Assembly (NCBI GenBank): GCA_016748015.1 | Contig: JAAOMT010000599.1 | Coordinates: forward strand, 310,001 to 374,000 | Reading direction: 5' to 3' | Source of the DNA: Geosiphon pyriformis uo1 | Lineage: Eukaryota; Fungi; Glomeromycota | DNA length: 64,000 nucleotides | Part shown: in pieces, positions 24,401 to 39,649 of the stretch | Position numbering within the stretch: position 1 is the stretch's first letter | Layout of the letters: each line of letters begins with the position of its first letter | Notes under the pieces: model-generated | What the model saw: the letters and a program-made list of their open reading frames with translations, nothing else | Database searches by the model: none | Told to the model about the DNA's origin: nothing | Program-made: the position numbers and the translations under genes

Positions 24401-27400
24401 AATTAAAAAAATCTAGTTGAATTTTTATAATAATTTACGAACCAAATTTGGTTAGATTTTATTTTCATATTAACCTAACTTGGAATTATCGCGAAACCTT
24501 TCAACATGACTAATTTTTTCTGCAAAGAATTGCCATGATAGAGTCTCATGATTAGCATCTGGTTGGGGAGCATCATGAAACAACAACCAATCAAAAACCA
24601 TATGTGTGACAAGTTGGGTCGTCAACAATGGCGAATTTTTGTTTAACATAAACGATGATCAATTTTTTAATTTGTCGATCTAATTGTTATCAAGATCAAG
24701 TATCCAATCTATCCATTAATCCGGAGAGTCGTAGCTTGCAATTGTGTCTCGGAGAAAATCTCTTATCAAGTAAATTTTCGGCTTATTTTTATGGGTTTCA
24801 AGTTAAAGGTTATGTGATGTGGTGATTAGGATGAAAGCTAGCGAGTTTAGTGTATTTTTGAATAATTAAAACTCGCATGATGAGAAGAGGTACATTATTA
24901 AATGAATCGAACTTGAGATTTAATTAATCTTTAAAAATGCCCAAGAAACTTGACCATTTTCACCAAAAAATCAACAATAATTTTTCGATTTCGATCAAAT
25001 CTTAAACTTTATCAAGTGTTGGTAAACACTAAATTGCGAACATTATTGCGTGCTGATGAGAGAGGGAATTTTCTTTGGGGTCTTTATTCTGCAAAAGGTT
25101 TTCTATCTCATGAAAAAAATCTACACAAAATTTCCATAATAAAAAAAATGTGTCATGAAGCAAGAAGTTTATTGGATGATGAAAGATTGTGGTGAGATGA
25201 ATATCGTAAAAGCTTGTTATTAATTAATTGCGAAATTTTGTTTGTAGGATAGGGCTGAATGTCAACAAAATAACAAGGGAAATTTTAAAAAGTCGGGTAA
25301 AAATCTCCTCGTTAAAAATAAATCATGCCATTATTGAGAATGATATTTTCTTGTTTATATTGATCGGCTTAGTAAATAAATGACTGAATATACTTTTCAT
25401 CGAAATAAAAAAAAAAAATCAAATCAAATCAGCTACTTTAATTTCTAATTGAGAGGTGAACTTAATGACACGATCTTCATCTGTAATAAAAATTTTCTTT
25501 CTATCATATTAGCTTGGGAAAATTTACAAGTAAAACTTTATAGTTATTGGCCAAACGTGTTTCATAATGATAGCCTCTACAAAAATTAGTAAAAGCTCTA
25601 GTTACTAAAATGGTTTTATGAATCTTTGAAGCAAACAATCTCGCAACCAAAAAAAGAGTTATTGGTGTGATGATTCACTGATATTCCAGAGTACAACGAT
25701 AAATTTTATTTATTCCTTTTTTGACAGTAAATGAAGTATTTGTTTGGAATCATCCGCAAGAAACGATTCTTGGCCGTAAAGAAATCGAAATGAACATCAA
25801 GACACAATATCAAAAACATGTTATCAGTAAATAAGAGATGTTGTAATAAATTACACAAATCACATCTGTGATGTCATTAATACATTTATCTTCCTATGGA
25901 TAAGTTTCATTGGAAAAGAAAAGGCTTATTCGCAACTTCTTGAGCCAGAAATATAAATTTTTGAATGCTATGCAACTTCCTAAAGAAAACTTAAGAAACT
26001 AGTATAATGTCACCCATCCCGTCAAATATGTAATCTTATCGGTTTTCGTTTTTTACCTGCGCTTTATTCTATTTTTGAGGCAATTGCTTTGCTACCACCC
26101 GCTGCTTCCAAAGTATGCTAGAATGCTTGCTTGTTCATTCTGTCGTTTTTGCATACTCTGATTCTCTGCGGGTTCCACCTTCTCCATGTTTTTATATTGT
26201 TGTCTTTAAAATGGGACCTACAAAAGCATTTTTAACACTGGCCTCATAAACCCATCAACTTACAAAAAATAGAATCAAAGGGAAAGTAGAATGTTAAGGA
26301 GTGCATATATGTATATGCTAAAATTATAGATTTCTTCAATCTCGGAGTAGCCTTCATGATACTTCCAAATAATTAACTCTATTAATATGTCGACGCGGTA
26401 AACAGCTTGGCACCTAGAAGTGAAGCGCAGCACAAGTACATCGTATTCTGAATAATATCAAGAGACCAATAAAAAGAAATCTGAGCGTGACTTGATGGAT
26501 TGCAAGTCAAATACTTTTTTTCTGGAAGTGCATCCAGTTGAGGCTGGTAATCCTACTATTGAGATATTAGGCATTCCCTAATATCGATAATAGCGTGCTA
26601 GGTTGAAGCAGAATACCTCTGTGAGGCAGGGTAGACTGCTTCTGGGATTTCAAGTCAACAAAGCATTAAAACATAATTAACAATCTCTCTGTTAATTTTA
26701 TGATAACATGAAGTGATTCGCATTGGCAAGGGAAATGCAGGAGCACCTTAATTCTCCAAGACAAAAGCTTTGTTAATTAGCTTTATAATTGTGTGGCAGC
26801 AACGAAACTGTTGATTTGACTTTGGAGAAGTATATGAAAGGTCATATGGAGACAACGAGATTAACTTATATAATTAAATCCTTTTAGCACGACAAGTTTC
26901 TTTCATAATATCAATGATTCCCATATTTTTATTTTTATTTAAATGACAAATCAAAGTCCAAGAATTTTTTGATGGTTCCTTCTATGAATTCAAGTCACTA
27001 AAGACTAATAAATCAGAAGATTTCAAGGTTATTAAAAATATCAAGCAATACCTTTTACCATAATATCCGTCCATTTGTCAAGGATGAATTTAAAGTTGTC
27101 ATTTTGTGAAACATGTAATTGAATCAAATATAATTAACTAAAAATATATCTAATGATTAAAAAGCCATGAGTTTGGATGAATTGAATAAAATAAATTCAT
27201 GGAATAACCTAGTGCTGCTGATAAAAACCAGCTAATCACCAAAGTAAAAGATCTACTGGCAGGCAAAGACACTCTGGTCCCCAAGTTGAAGAAATACCAG
27301 AACAGCTTCCCAAAGAAAATTTATAGTTTCTTTGGGGTATTAAATGTCGTTGGAAAATCACCTAGATGCACATGATAGGAACAAATCGGATAGTTACAGC

Positions 27401-28300
27401 GAGTGAAAATTCGAAAATCAAGAGATATTTATCCTAACCAAAATTTGGTTTGTGAATGAACACAAATCCTATTGATGAATGTTTTTAGAAAACAAAAGCA
27501 CCTTACAAGTCAAACATTTTATCTTCATTACTACTTATGAATATATCACATTCAAAACTATAATTAGTCAGAGTATAAGTTTTAATTTTAATTTTAAAAA
27601 AAGGGATAATATGACATGATAAAAATATCAAAAAGCTAGGTTTATGCGATAAAGGTATTAATTAATCTTATTATCCCATTTTTTTCTATCCTCCAAGACA
27701 TAAAAAAACTAGGTGGGATTTTTTACTAAATATGAGTACAATAGTTATTGATTGAGCCTAGCTCTTGAAAAAAAAGAAAGATACTAATTTAGTAAAATAA
27801 AGATAAATAAAACTTAATTTATAATTAGGATAAATTAAGAGTTGTTCGTGGTTATAATAGATTAAAAGTGGTTATTTTTACTTAACAAAATAGTCAAAAA
27901 TTTTTCAAACCATAATTAATTGACTAATTATTAATTTATAAAAAGGTTTTATTTGATATAAAAATATAAACAGTGTACCATGGGAAAGGAAAATAAAAAG
28001 ATAACTTTTAATTAAAAGCTTTATAATAAAAACACCAATTATTCGAAAAATGGTTTATTTTAAAAACCTTAAAATTTTAAATCATTAAAAATTCACATTA
28101 TTTAAGCAATATAAAAAATTTGAGGTACAAACATTAGGCATTAAAAATCATATTATATTAATTCATTAATACAATATGTAAATAAAAAATATGTGATTGT
28201 AATATTTTTTTGGAGAGGTCAGTATTGTTACAATTATGATCAAATATTATTTTATGTTGTTTTTATTAATAAAAATGACCATATTAATTATGGTTTTTAC

Positions 28301-28348
<48 letters not shown>

Positions 28349-31300
28349 TATGAATATTAAATCAATCAATCAATAAACAAATAAATTTAGCTTTATAATA
28401 TAAAAAGTTTTATTCAAATAATAAGTTTTAAGACTTAAAATTATCGGTTTTCTAAAATAGTAAAGTATAATTTAAAATTTGTATTATTACTAGATTTATA
28501 CCGGAAAATAAAATTCCGCAGTTGTGATTTGAAAGTAATGGATTTTGAAAGTTAATGTAAAGTTATTATTGAATTTTAAAAAAATACATATGTAATAAAG
28601 ATTTTTTATTTGCAAAGTTTCAATTCAAATTTTTCATTTTATAAAAACTTTAAATAAAAATGAATCTTGGATGGTTTTATACAGTTACCAAATCTATTAA
28701 TTTACATGTGATTAAGCTTTTCCCTACAATTTTATTTCAACGTTGATCATAACAATTCGCTAAATGCTGAGTAAAGTATATATATGCCATTTAAATCTAG
28801 GGATTTAAAACAAGTGAAACTACCTTCAAGTTTTCAAGAGCCAAGATTTTTTTCAATTAATTTTTTGGCAAAAATAAAATATTTATTGAGAATTTTTAAA
28901 ATAGTTATTAATTTCGTTGATAAATGAAAAAAGTTGGTTCCGATAGGATGAATTTGGATATTCTCACACTTTTACCGTGCATGTGAAAAATTGTCAATCA
29001 CGCTGATCCCGAAGTTGTGCCATTTTCACAGATAATGCCTCATTATTATTGACAATCATTGTCGACGGCCATTCCTCCGTTTAGAGAAAAAAACGAAGTT
29101 ACGACATCAAAATTTACGATCCTATATCTGAGAATTAAAAATAGATGGCGCCATATTACCAATAAAAACTTTAAAATTTTAATTTGTCAAAATTAATTAA
29201 TGATAAGACAATTGTAAATTCAAGATTTACCGAGTTTTTTTTATATAGAGATTAATGACTCAGCAATTAAATTTTCAAGGAAAAGTATGCCATAATCCAC
29301 AACCGCAATTATTTTACTCTACCTGTATCATAAATTGTCATATAGCCTGGTTGAACCATCCAAGTTACCACATGCTTTTGATCTGTTGCCTTTTGAGGTA
29401 AATCGAACAAAGACTTTTCATGGCTCGGCTTGTTGATTATCCATTTTAAAAAATTCCTTTGTTTTAGAATATCATGTGTATACACATATGTTGGCGTCTT
29501 TCTCATTTGGATCTTTTATCTAGATATTGTGGGTTGAGTGTTTTGAATTTGAGATCTAAAATAGTCGTAAACAAAAATCAATCGAAACTTCTTTTCTCTT
29601 GCTCTAGAATTTACCCCGAGTGTCTACCCTTTATTATATTGCCTCATGGTCTTTCCAAGTTAGTATTTTATTCAAGCTCCATTTTAAAATGTTAGTTTTA
29701 AAGAAGGTTGTCTTCAATTTAAATCATATCAAAAAGAAGAAGAAGGCAGAATTTTAGATTCGATTTTATTGAATGATGCTTAGATTTGAAAGATCTGAAA
29801 TTCATAGAGTCCTCACATCTTGGAATAAATTAATTACTATTTAAGTCAATTATTGACCTACAGTAGAATTTTTGCTCAATTACTTTTATGAGAGAAAAAC
29901 TAATTTTAGACATCTAATTTAAGTTGAGATTTTTGAAATTTTTTCCTTTTCTTTTTTTTCAAATTTTCTAAAGTAAATACTAATTTTATGATCTTGAAAT
30001 TTATATATAATAATCTTGAGGCCAGAATTAATCATTTTGTCTTAATCTTTTCGAATTTGCATTTCCATGATTGAATCTACTTATAAAAATGACCAAGGGC
30101 TTTGAATACAAATATCTAAATGATTTAATACTATATAATTATTCAAATTGAACTTTTTCACAGATTAATTGTTAGAATAAATAAATTGTTTTGGCTTATA
30201 TAAGATTTTATGAGAATTCCTTAAACTAGTGCCATAAAATTGAATTAGTAAAATTTAGAATATATATATAATTTGCATGGAATATTTAATTAAAAGAATA
30301 ATTGAAAAGGCTAGGAGGGAAATTTTCTGTATAATTCACTATAAATTATTAAAATAGGTGGTATTATTTTATCTTATCTTTTGGCAGATGGTTCCCGTGG
30401 TAGTTAAGAAAGTATGATATGAATATAAAATATTTATCGTTAACACTATCATTTTTGAATTAATGATTAAATATTATATCTTTAATCAAGTGATTAAAAT
30501 TGAAAATATATAAAGTAATTCAAAATCTTTGTTGAAATACTTTTATTTTAATTGATAATAACTATAATAATTTTTAATAACAAAGATACAAATAAGAATG
30601 TAATATACATGCAAGATATCAGATTTTAGAACCTTCCATTAGCACATGCTGCAGGGTCTATAATACGAAAGCTAATATTTCAAGGTTGAAGGGTCTGTTA
30701 AAACCACAAATAAATAAATAAATAAATAAACTAATTTTTTGAAAATGCCAATTAAAAGTCATGGCGAGTCATGAAAAGATTTTATGGTTTAAGTATCTGT
30801 ATAAATTATATTTTTCTTTAAAAGCAAACAAACAAATAAGCAAGTAAATAATTTAGTATGTTACGCTTTTATTCATTGAATCCAATGATAGATTTTAAAA
30901 ATTATACAAATCAAAGAGTATTGAGTACTTTTGAATGCAAGTATAAAAATTTTTTTCATCTTTTGAGAATTATAATAATAACCACATTATGGTGTCTCTT
31001 TTCCAATTTAATAAAATCTGAACCCTAAAAAAGTCGACAATGATAATCTTTTTTTTTAGATCGGTTTAGACAAAAAGAGGTTAGATTAAAGATTCGCTTC
31101 GCGATGATGTTTTGATCATTGATAATTATGCTATCTAACCTGATCAAAAAAATATAGCAATACTTCATCTTTAAACATTTTTAAAATTTTTGAATAGATA
31201 TTTGAACATTTTACTTTTTTTGATAATTAGATTTTATTTTTTAAATCTTTTGATAAAGATTTCTTTTTGAGCAACTAAATACATAAAAAATAGGGTACTA

Positions 31301-32129
31301 AATTCTCCAAGAGACTAAAATAAAAATTATTGAAACTTCCGATTTCTTTGACCATTGCAAAAAAACTTTAACTTCTTGTTGAATTTCATTTTATAAAAAT
31401 TATTAAGATTACATTTGAAAAACTCGTATCACTTTTGGAAAAAAAAGACAAACGCACAAAAGGAATTTCTTATAACCAATGAGAAATTCATAAATGTAAA
31501 AATTCTCAAATATTATTATTTAACAAAGAAAATGATAAAAACTTTTCTCATTAAAAGACAAGAAACAAAATTTTTTCTGCTGATGACCACTAAAAAATTG
31601 CAGTGGATAAAAATTATTATTGTACTTTTTAGTTGCTAACAAAAGTTGAATTCAATTCCTTATATATTATTATGCAAAAGAATAAGAATAATAATAATTA
31701 TGCCTGAAATTAAGGAGACTCTTTCAAATTAGGTTTAACTCTTTGAGTTTTTTAGACTCGGCAAAATGAGTAAGAATTTTTTATAATCATCAAATCTATC
31801 ATAAAACTTAAATTATCACCAAAAGTATTAAGCCCACCTTCATTCCTTAATCTTTGAAATGCAGTTAATCAAATCAAAAGTAGAAATCATTAAAAATATG
31901 CAGAATTCTGAATCTGATAAAAAGATGAGAGAATTTGTGGTTAAATTTGATCAATTCAAAAGGCTGATAATTCGTGTATGGGAAACTTTTTTCACTGATT
32001 TTTTAGAGAGTTGAATAAACTCTAAAACGGGAATTACAAGCCTGTACGCATTGAACTATTCTCAATTTGAGATTAGGTTAGGGAAATTATTTAAAATATT
32101 AAAAAGAATTACCCCTTAATCTACACCTA

Positions 32130-33950
32130 TATTGTATTTATTGTATTTTTTAGCTATTTATGTATTTTAAAATACTGCTCAATATCTTTATTTTTTTCTA
32201 TTTAATGTTTTATCAAGTAAAACATTTTAGAAATTTTTTATATCTTTACAAAATGGGTTTGTTTTGTATTAATAATTTCATTTTAGTTTTGGTTATATTT
32301 TTAAAAAAAATTATTTTAAACTAAATTTGGTATTAATCTTATAAAATTAAATTTGTTTCTTCCAATACTTTTTTCAAATTTGGTTATCAATTATTTTTTA
32401 ATATATTTGTTATTTTAATTTTAAATTGTCATTATATATATTATATTTATATATCATAAATTACAAAATTTTAATATTATTTTTATATTATATCATAATT
32501 TAATAGTAATATAAATAACTTTTTTTTTATTAACAAATTTTTTAATCTGATTAATATTAGCTATTTATATATTTTTGATCATTTTTTATTTTGCTCTTAG
32601 TTGAAAATTTTTTAATAAATTTCTATTTGGCAAAAAATTTATTTAAATTCTTATTAGATTAATTTTAATTTGGCATTCTTAAATTTTAGAGGTTTCATTT
32701 GTTTTTTAAATATTATATTTTACATAAGAAAATTTATTTTATTAATAAAAAAATTTTCTGATATTAAAATCAAAATTAACAGTCTTTATAAATACATTAA
32801 TAAAAATCTGGTTAAAGTTTTATTTCAAAATAAATCAATCACTATAAATAAGTGTAAATTATTGTGATTTAATATTAATTTTTAAAAACTTATTACTAAT
32901 ATTAAGAATATTTAAAATTTTTATACAATTATTGTATTAAAATATTTGTATTTTGTGGTCATAAAAACTTGTAATATTTATTATTAATCAAGTATTTAAA
33001 TAAAAATAAACTTATTAGTTATTATTTTTATTAAGTTTAATTTTATAATTATTATAAATTTAAAAATATTAATCAAACCAAAAAAATTACAAATTAAAAT
33101 TTTTTTTATAAAATTATTAGAATAAATTAAGCACGAATTTAAAAATATTATATTATTTCTAATCAATCAACAAATTTGCAAGATAATTATTACTAATTTA
33201 AATTTGAAAATATATTTTTGTATGTTCTTAATATAATTTTTGAATTCAAAAATTTATAAAGTTGTTATAATTGAATAAGCTATTAAACATTTTAAAATTC
33301 AAATTTTTTTTAAATTAATTAATAAAAATTATTTGTAACTAAAAATATAATTACAAATATAATAAATAAGAGCTATATAAATTATAATTTTGAAAACTTA
33401 TTTACTTTTATGATATATGTACAAAAACAAAAATATTTAAGTATTAATTTTTTACATTATTTTTAGTACTTATTTATTAATAGCAATCAATTTTTATAAA
33501 TTCTATTACAAATTTATTAAAATAGCATATTTTCTGGTTTAAAATTAAGCAATTATTTTTGAAAAAATTATAAAATTAATTTTTACAACAAATAATAAAA
33601 TTAAGTAATTTTTAAATGAAATTATTTTTAATAAAATTATTTTTAAATATAATTTACAATTTTTAATTTTCAAATTTTGGTCTTTGTTATTTGAATTAAA
33701 GTTAATATATTTACAATATGTTATTTACAATTGATAATTAAAAAAAAATAAGTTAAATAAATTTTAGAATAATATTTAAGATATATAATCAAAATAAATA
33801 AACAGACTTTTTATGTATATTAAAATTTGCATATTATAATTCAATATTAATTTTTTTGCAAATTAATACTGTTATTTTTAATTTGATATTCAAGTTTTTT
33901 TTATTAATAAGTAAAAACAAAGGTTGAAATTATTCATAAATTTTAATAAA
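32130..33950. other. Ultra-AT-rich, CpG-depleted block (probable erased repeat)
   Basis: Same composition as 19950-21450; boundaries approximate. Confidence 0.5.
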
Positions 33951-36443
33951 AACAAATTTCGTTTATCGTGTAAAAAGTTGAATAAAACATAAAACATTTC
34001 GATGAAATATATATATATATTTTTAGATTTTTTTAAAAATAAATTTTTATCTCGTAAAGTTTTTGCAATTAAAAAATTGCTTCATTTTTCCAAGGAATTA
34101 TGTATTGGTTATCACGCAGTTTAGTTATTATCATTCTTTAATCTATTCGTTTTTTTTTTCTATTCAAAAATATGTAAATTAGTTTATGAATTGTGAAAAA
34201 TGTTTGAAATCCATTCTCAATAAAGAATAAGCTGATTAAGCAATATTAATAATTTAGGTCCAATGTTAAAATTACTATTATAGAAATAGTACCAAGTATA
34301 ATAACATTTAATCTCATTTTTGGAAACTGGTTTTTCACTAAAAACGCCACATTAAATTACTTATTTGAAGTGGCAGGTATCACGCTTTTTTTCAAAAACT
34401 TGGCAATTTCTTAAATTTGGATTTCTATTTCATTCCAAAAAAATGCCACGATGTTACGTGGTATAAAAATTTAAAATCTTTTTAAGGTATATTATTTTAC
34501 AATATCTTTCTCTAATTTAGCAACATAGAATTTGATGCAAGCCTGTTTTTAATTCCTTTTCAAGATCTTATTTATTGAGACAATTGAAATAATTTAGTCA
34601 TAAATATATAAATATATAAATATTCACATTTTTTTAAAAAAAAAGATAATATTTTTACTTTCATGAAATCACTTTGGGACAGAAATAAAATGAGTAATAA
34701 TTATAAATATAGTTTCTTGAAAATCAATTTCAATTAAACCATTTTCAAATTCTTACGTTATTGATTTGTAATTCAATGAGTACCAAAGAATACTTTGCAA
34801 AGTTTATTTTTCAAAAAAGTAATATGACAATGTTACAAATCTTTATAACTTAAAATTTATACAGTCTCTCAATAATAATCATGTAATTATTAGGTAAAAT
34901 ATTTCGGCTTTGGTTTTTAAAGATCTGGGCCGATTCCAATAAAAGTCTTTGAATTTGCAGGCGATAAGTGTTTCACAAGAGGCAATTGATTAGACAGAAA
35001 TCAGCGTGAGAATGTGTTACATTTGAATAAAAAATTCACAAAGAAAAAAAAAAAAGAATGAACTTGAAAATCGAATCCAATAACTTTTTTTATTAACATT
35101 CGGATGATGATGATTGTTATCCGCTCGTCATAGGTTACAAGATTGACATGTTCGAATAGATTAAAGTTAATATTATTAGAGTGTTAAAAAGATAAGTTAA
35201 AAATAGGGGTTAATCTCTTTGTCAACTTTTTAATCTTTACTTTTTCAAGTAGAACCTCAAAGGAGTCTAATAGAAACTTCATTTCCCGCGCGTAATAATG
35301 ATAAGATCAATTATTAAAAATTCTTAGAACCCTTTTTAAAACTCTTTAGAAATAGGAAAACTTTAATTTTACAAGTTACCTTGAAAAAAAGAAATACTTG
35401 TTCAGATTTATCTGAGCATCAAATAGGTTCGGCATTTTAGTGCATCAAATTTGCCGCGGTGTTACATTTACGGTAAACCAACTTAATAACCGTTTTCTTG
35501 AATCTTTTCTTTTTGTTTTGCATTGAATTTAAATTTAAATTAATTAATTAAAAAAACCTTAAAAAAAAAAAAAAAAAAAAGAATCAACCTTTATTGGAAC
35601 ACAGAAAAACAACACAAAAACAGCAAACAATAAAAAATTTTAAATTAAATCTTTGGGGTAGATCATGAAAATAAATTTTTAACGGAAAAATTTCATACTT
35701 TTTTTAAAAGTTATAATTAAAGCGCATAATTTTATTTTACACATTCAAATAATCTGAAATGAATCATGTTTATTAAGAATATCTCGATGCAAATCATTAA
35801 AACCCCCCGCTTTTCTTTTTACAAAGAGATACCCTTTGTAATTTTCGTCTTCCAAAAAAGATGATAAAATGTTGTTATATTCACTTCACCGTGCACAATT
35901 CTTTTCAATGCACGGTTAATGTATATATGTGATTGATTTATTGATTGATTGATTGTATGACTGAAATTTAAAATTCATCTACTTAAAATTTCATTATCTT
36001 TTCGAGTAATATTTTTTTAAAAAAAATTATATAACAGACTTGAAAGCATGCATGAATATATATACATGCATACATTTTCGTTCTAGAATTGGAAATTGTT
36101 AGGGGTTGAAAAAAATTTGATGGTTAAAGATAACGCTTAATAAGGAAATTTCATCTATTTACGAATGAGTGAAAAAACCAATAAACGAAACTTTTTTTAA
36201 AAAAAAAAAAAACTCTCAATCTTCGATGATTTATTAAAAAAAAACTCGTCGAAATATTTACACCAGATTTCTTCTATCAATTGTTTCTCGTTTACATTAG
36301 TAACGTTCAACTTTTTTTAATCTCTCATCTGCTACAAACCTATTCTAAAATCATCTTTCTTTGTTATAATGTTCATTATTTGAAAAATTTCTTTTAATTC
36401 TCGGTAATTGTCCAAAAAATAAATTATTGTTATTGTTATTGTT

Positions 36444-36491
<48 letters not shown>

Positions 36492-36499
36492 ATTGTGGA

Positions 36500-37456
36500 T
36501 CAAAATCGAGTTAAACTAGAATCTATTTGACTAGAAAATGAAGTTTTTCTAGAAATTTCTCTCAATGGGGTTTGTGGTCGGGAGGAAGATGAATTTGAAT
36601 TCACGTATTCATATTCTTCTTCTGAATCACTTTCTTCGAAATGAGGTTCCCATTCTTCTCCTTCATCAATATTTTCAGAGGCGATTGCTGATTTCACAGC
36701 AGCAGTAGCAGCAGCAACAACAGGATATTCGCTAATATCTTCCATTAAATTAGCGAATCTGATAGCAGAAGAAACACGACGAAGGAATCCTGAAGTTTTA
36801 CTTGTCGATTCGGGGTTAGAAGGTGGATTATTTGATAATGATTTAGTGATATTATGAGAATCTTGTAATGAAATTGAAGAGCTAGTTGAATGCGAGTGGG
36901 AATGGGAATGGGAATGGGAATGGGAATGGGAATGGGAATGGGAATGGGAATGGGAATGAGAATAGGAATAGGAATGGGAATGGGAGTGGGAATGGGAAGG
37001 TGAAGGCAAAGGCAAATGTGAATGTAATGGATGATTTGTCGAATGTAACTGAGCGAGAAATTGAGCATAACTTGCTGATGCATTCAAATTTTCTTCAGTT
37101 AAAATCATTGAATGAGGACGACTACTTCCTGAAATACTACTACTATCACAAGAAGACGTAGATGAAACAGAATTTGACCTAGGTCTTAAATAGGTATCAA
37201 AAGCGGGAGGTTGTCTTAATTGTTTTTGTAAATGTTTTCTTCTACGACGTTCATGTATTTCTTGTTGTTGTATAGCAAGAAAAGTTGAATGTGTAGGTGA
37301 AGAAGAATAATTTGTTCCTGACGAATTATTATTATTATTATTATTATTATTGTTAATATTATTAATATGAATGATTTTATTGTCTTTACCATCTTTGCTG
37401 ATGGTAGTATTGTTAAGGTGAAAAGATTCTGATGGTGGTGATGTGAGGCTGACCAT
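36500..37456 (-). CDS. SPTHS/LRKPPSF-family protein, paralog 2 (318 aa) with poly-N and (HS)n tracts
   Basis: 957-nt ATG-TGA ORF containing SSSPTHSTF, RRRRKHLQKQLRQPPAFDTYLRPRSNSVSSTSSCDS, FLRRVSSAIRFANLME, EEWEP...SEEEYEYVNS. Confidence 0.92.
   Translation of the reverse strand: MVSLTSPPSESFHLNNTTISKDGKDNKIIHINNINNNNNNNNNNSSGTNYSSSPTHSTFLAIQQQEIHERRRRKHLQKQLRQPPAFDTYLRPRSNSVSSTSSCDSSSISGSSRPHSMILTEENLNASASYAQFLAQLHSTNHPLHSHLPLPSPSHSHSHSHSYSYSHSHSHSHSHSHSHSHSHSHSHSHSTSSSISLQDSHNITKSLSNNPPSNPESTSKTSGFLRRVSSAIRFANLMEDISEYPVVAAATAAVKSAIASENIDEGEEWEPHFEESDSEEEYEYVNSNSSSSRPQTPLREISRKTSFSSQIDSSLTRF
36897..36997 (-). repeat. Coding (CATTCC)n hexamer microsatellite encoding His-Ser repeats
   Basis: (GGAATG)n on the + strand, in frame within paralog 2. 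Confidence 0.95.
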
Positions 37457-39649
37457 TTTTTTAATAAATAACTTGTTATGATATTAAGTTTGGAATTGAT
37501 GAGTTTAACCAAAAAAATTAAAATTCTAATTTGTAATTTAACACTCTTCTTTTTTTAACAAAAAAGATTTGATATTTGAAATAAAAAAAATCTAAGCGGA
37601 ATAAAAGTAAAAGAACGAAGAAACATCGTGTTTCAAGAAGTGGTTGTATTTATCTCAAATTCACTCTTGTTTGTGACCTCTTTGCGTTGTACCAAACAAC
37701 CTTTTCGATTCCGACCCCCGCTCATCATCTTTCCAGAAATTTGTTCCCTAATTTTTTAATATTACCATAAAATAATGTAACATAATGTAATATAATCTAA
37801 AATATTATTTTAGTGTACTATTAAAAGTAATTAAGTGTTTAAATGGTAGTAATGAACCATTTATGAAATGGCGTAACAGTCAATAATTTATCATTCCAAA
37901 TACTCCTGAATACTACCACTCATTTGGTTAAAATGATCATTTAATTGTAAGTCCTAATTTAACATTAGTCACTGACCGCTAGTTATTTAATATTAATTTG
38001 TTCATGTGTTCAAGTATGATAAAAATTCTATTTGCTTTTACAAGTATTTCTCAAAGAATGGTATTACATTTTCTTGCACCATACTTTTGGTTAAACCAAG
38101 GCAACTTGAAATTAGTTACGTATTCTGCACTACGCCAATTATTAATTCTTATTAACTCTAATTCTAATGAATAGTGTTTATGCTGAGTATAAAAATTATT
38201 CATTCGTTTAACTTTTTTTAAAACAAGGACATTTAAATATTAAAATTAAAATATAAGCTAGATTTTCTAACTGGAGATCCCATGTTATTGATGGTGATGA
38301 TGATGATGATGTTGATGATGTTGTTGATGATGATGAAACTTTCTTCGTACCCGCAGTTTTTACATCCTTTCGAAACATTGTTATTTTTGTAAAAAAAAAA
38401 TTTATCATTCATTACTAATTTTATAAATTATAACAATGACATTATTCACCGATTTCCGGAAAAATTGCTTGAATTTCAATCAAAATGAAATGAATAGCAA
38501 GCAAGTAAACAAAAAACAAACAAATATACAATTGCTTTATTTTGACATTGAAAAGGTCTGGAAACTTTGAAATAGTTCTTTCTTTCATAAGGAGAAATAA
38601 CATCAATTTTCTAGGAGATCAAAGATGTGTTTCATTATGTGATGTCAAAAAATCGTTCAAAAATCTGAAAAATCTCAATTCAAATATTATTGAATTTAAT
38701 TGATGTTGTCATTTACTAAATACATTCTATTTAGCATTTATGTGATACCAAAAAGTTTTTGAAACGATAGAATGAAAGAAAATTAAAATAAAAATATAAT
38801 ATTTCTATCCATTTTCATTCATTGTAAAAATTTTATTATAAAAAATTTTCTGTTACACAAAGAAAAATCTAAAGAGCCTCGCAGTCTGTCTACGCCAAAA
38901 TTATCCGTTCTTTGCGCTCTCATTTTCAAGAATTTAATTCAAAATACTAGTTTTTATCAGCTTTTTTCAGTTATTCAATTGAAAAAACCCATTTCTGGTT
39001 TTATTCCGTTCGAAAAACTTTTTTTTTAATCCCGGTCGCGAAAATCACTCACACCGTAGCAAATGTGGCGTGTTTAAAATCTGTTCTTGCGGAAAAATCT
39101 AACCAAATTGAAAGGATGACTTCATTCTTAAATTTCTCTTTAGAGACGACATATTCTACCACTGTACGATCTACGACATCTACATTGCATTGTGTATCAC
39201 AGGGACATTGAGAATGCACCATCTTTGGCAGCGGCTTTTTTATTACTCATATCAAAGTTTCTTATTTAAAGAAATTCACGTCTTTTCATCATATCGTCTG
39301 AAATTTACAAAGATATATCTTTCGATTCTTTGACTGTTGATTATGACAACATCATATCGATTAAAGAGATTCACCCCTCATTACGATGCTAAACAAATCC
39401 AAAAATGATGGATTTCACCATTGATCTTTTATGCATGTGTCATGTGTGAGCTTTCGAGGGGTTTATTTGGATCCTCGCTAAACAAACAAAAAAAGTGCTA
39501 TTGGTTAGAATATAATTTTTTTTGTAATTTATTCGGATAAACTTGAACAAAGAGAAAGGAAAAAAAAAAAAAAGGTAAACACGCCAGAAACTGCAAGAAG
39601 ATTAAATATTTTCTCAAACTGATTGACCATGATTTTTGAAAATAACCTT

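Noticed and set aside
36745-37512. Overlapping ORFs with (PI)n, (GN)n and poly-I
   Set aside because: Alternative-frame or antisense shadows of paralog 2 repeats.
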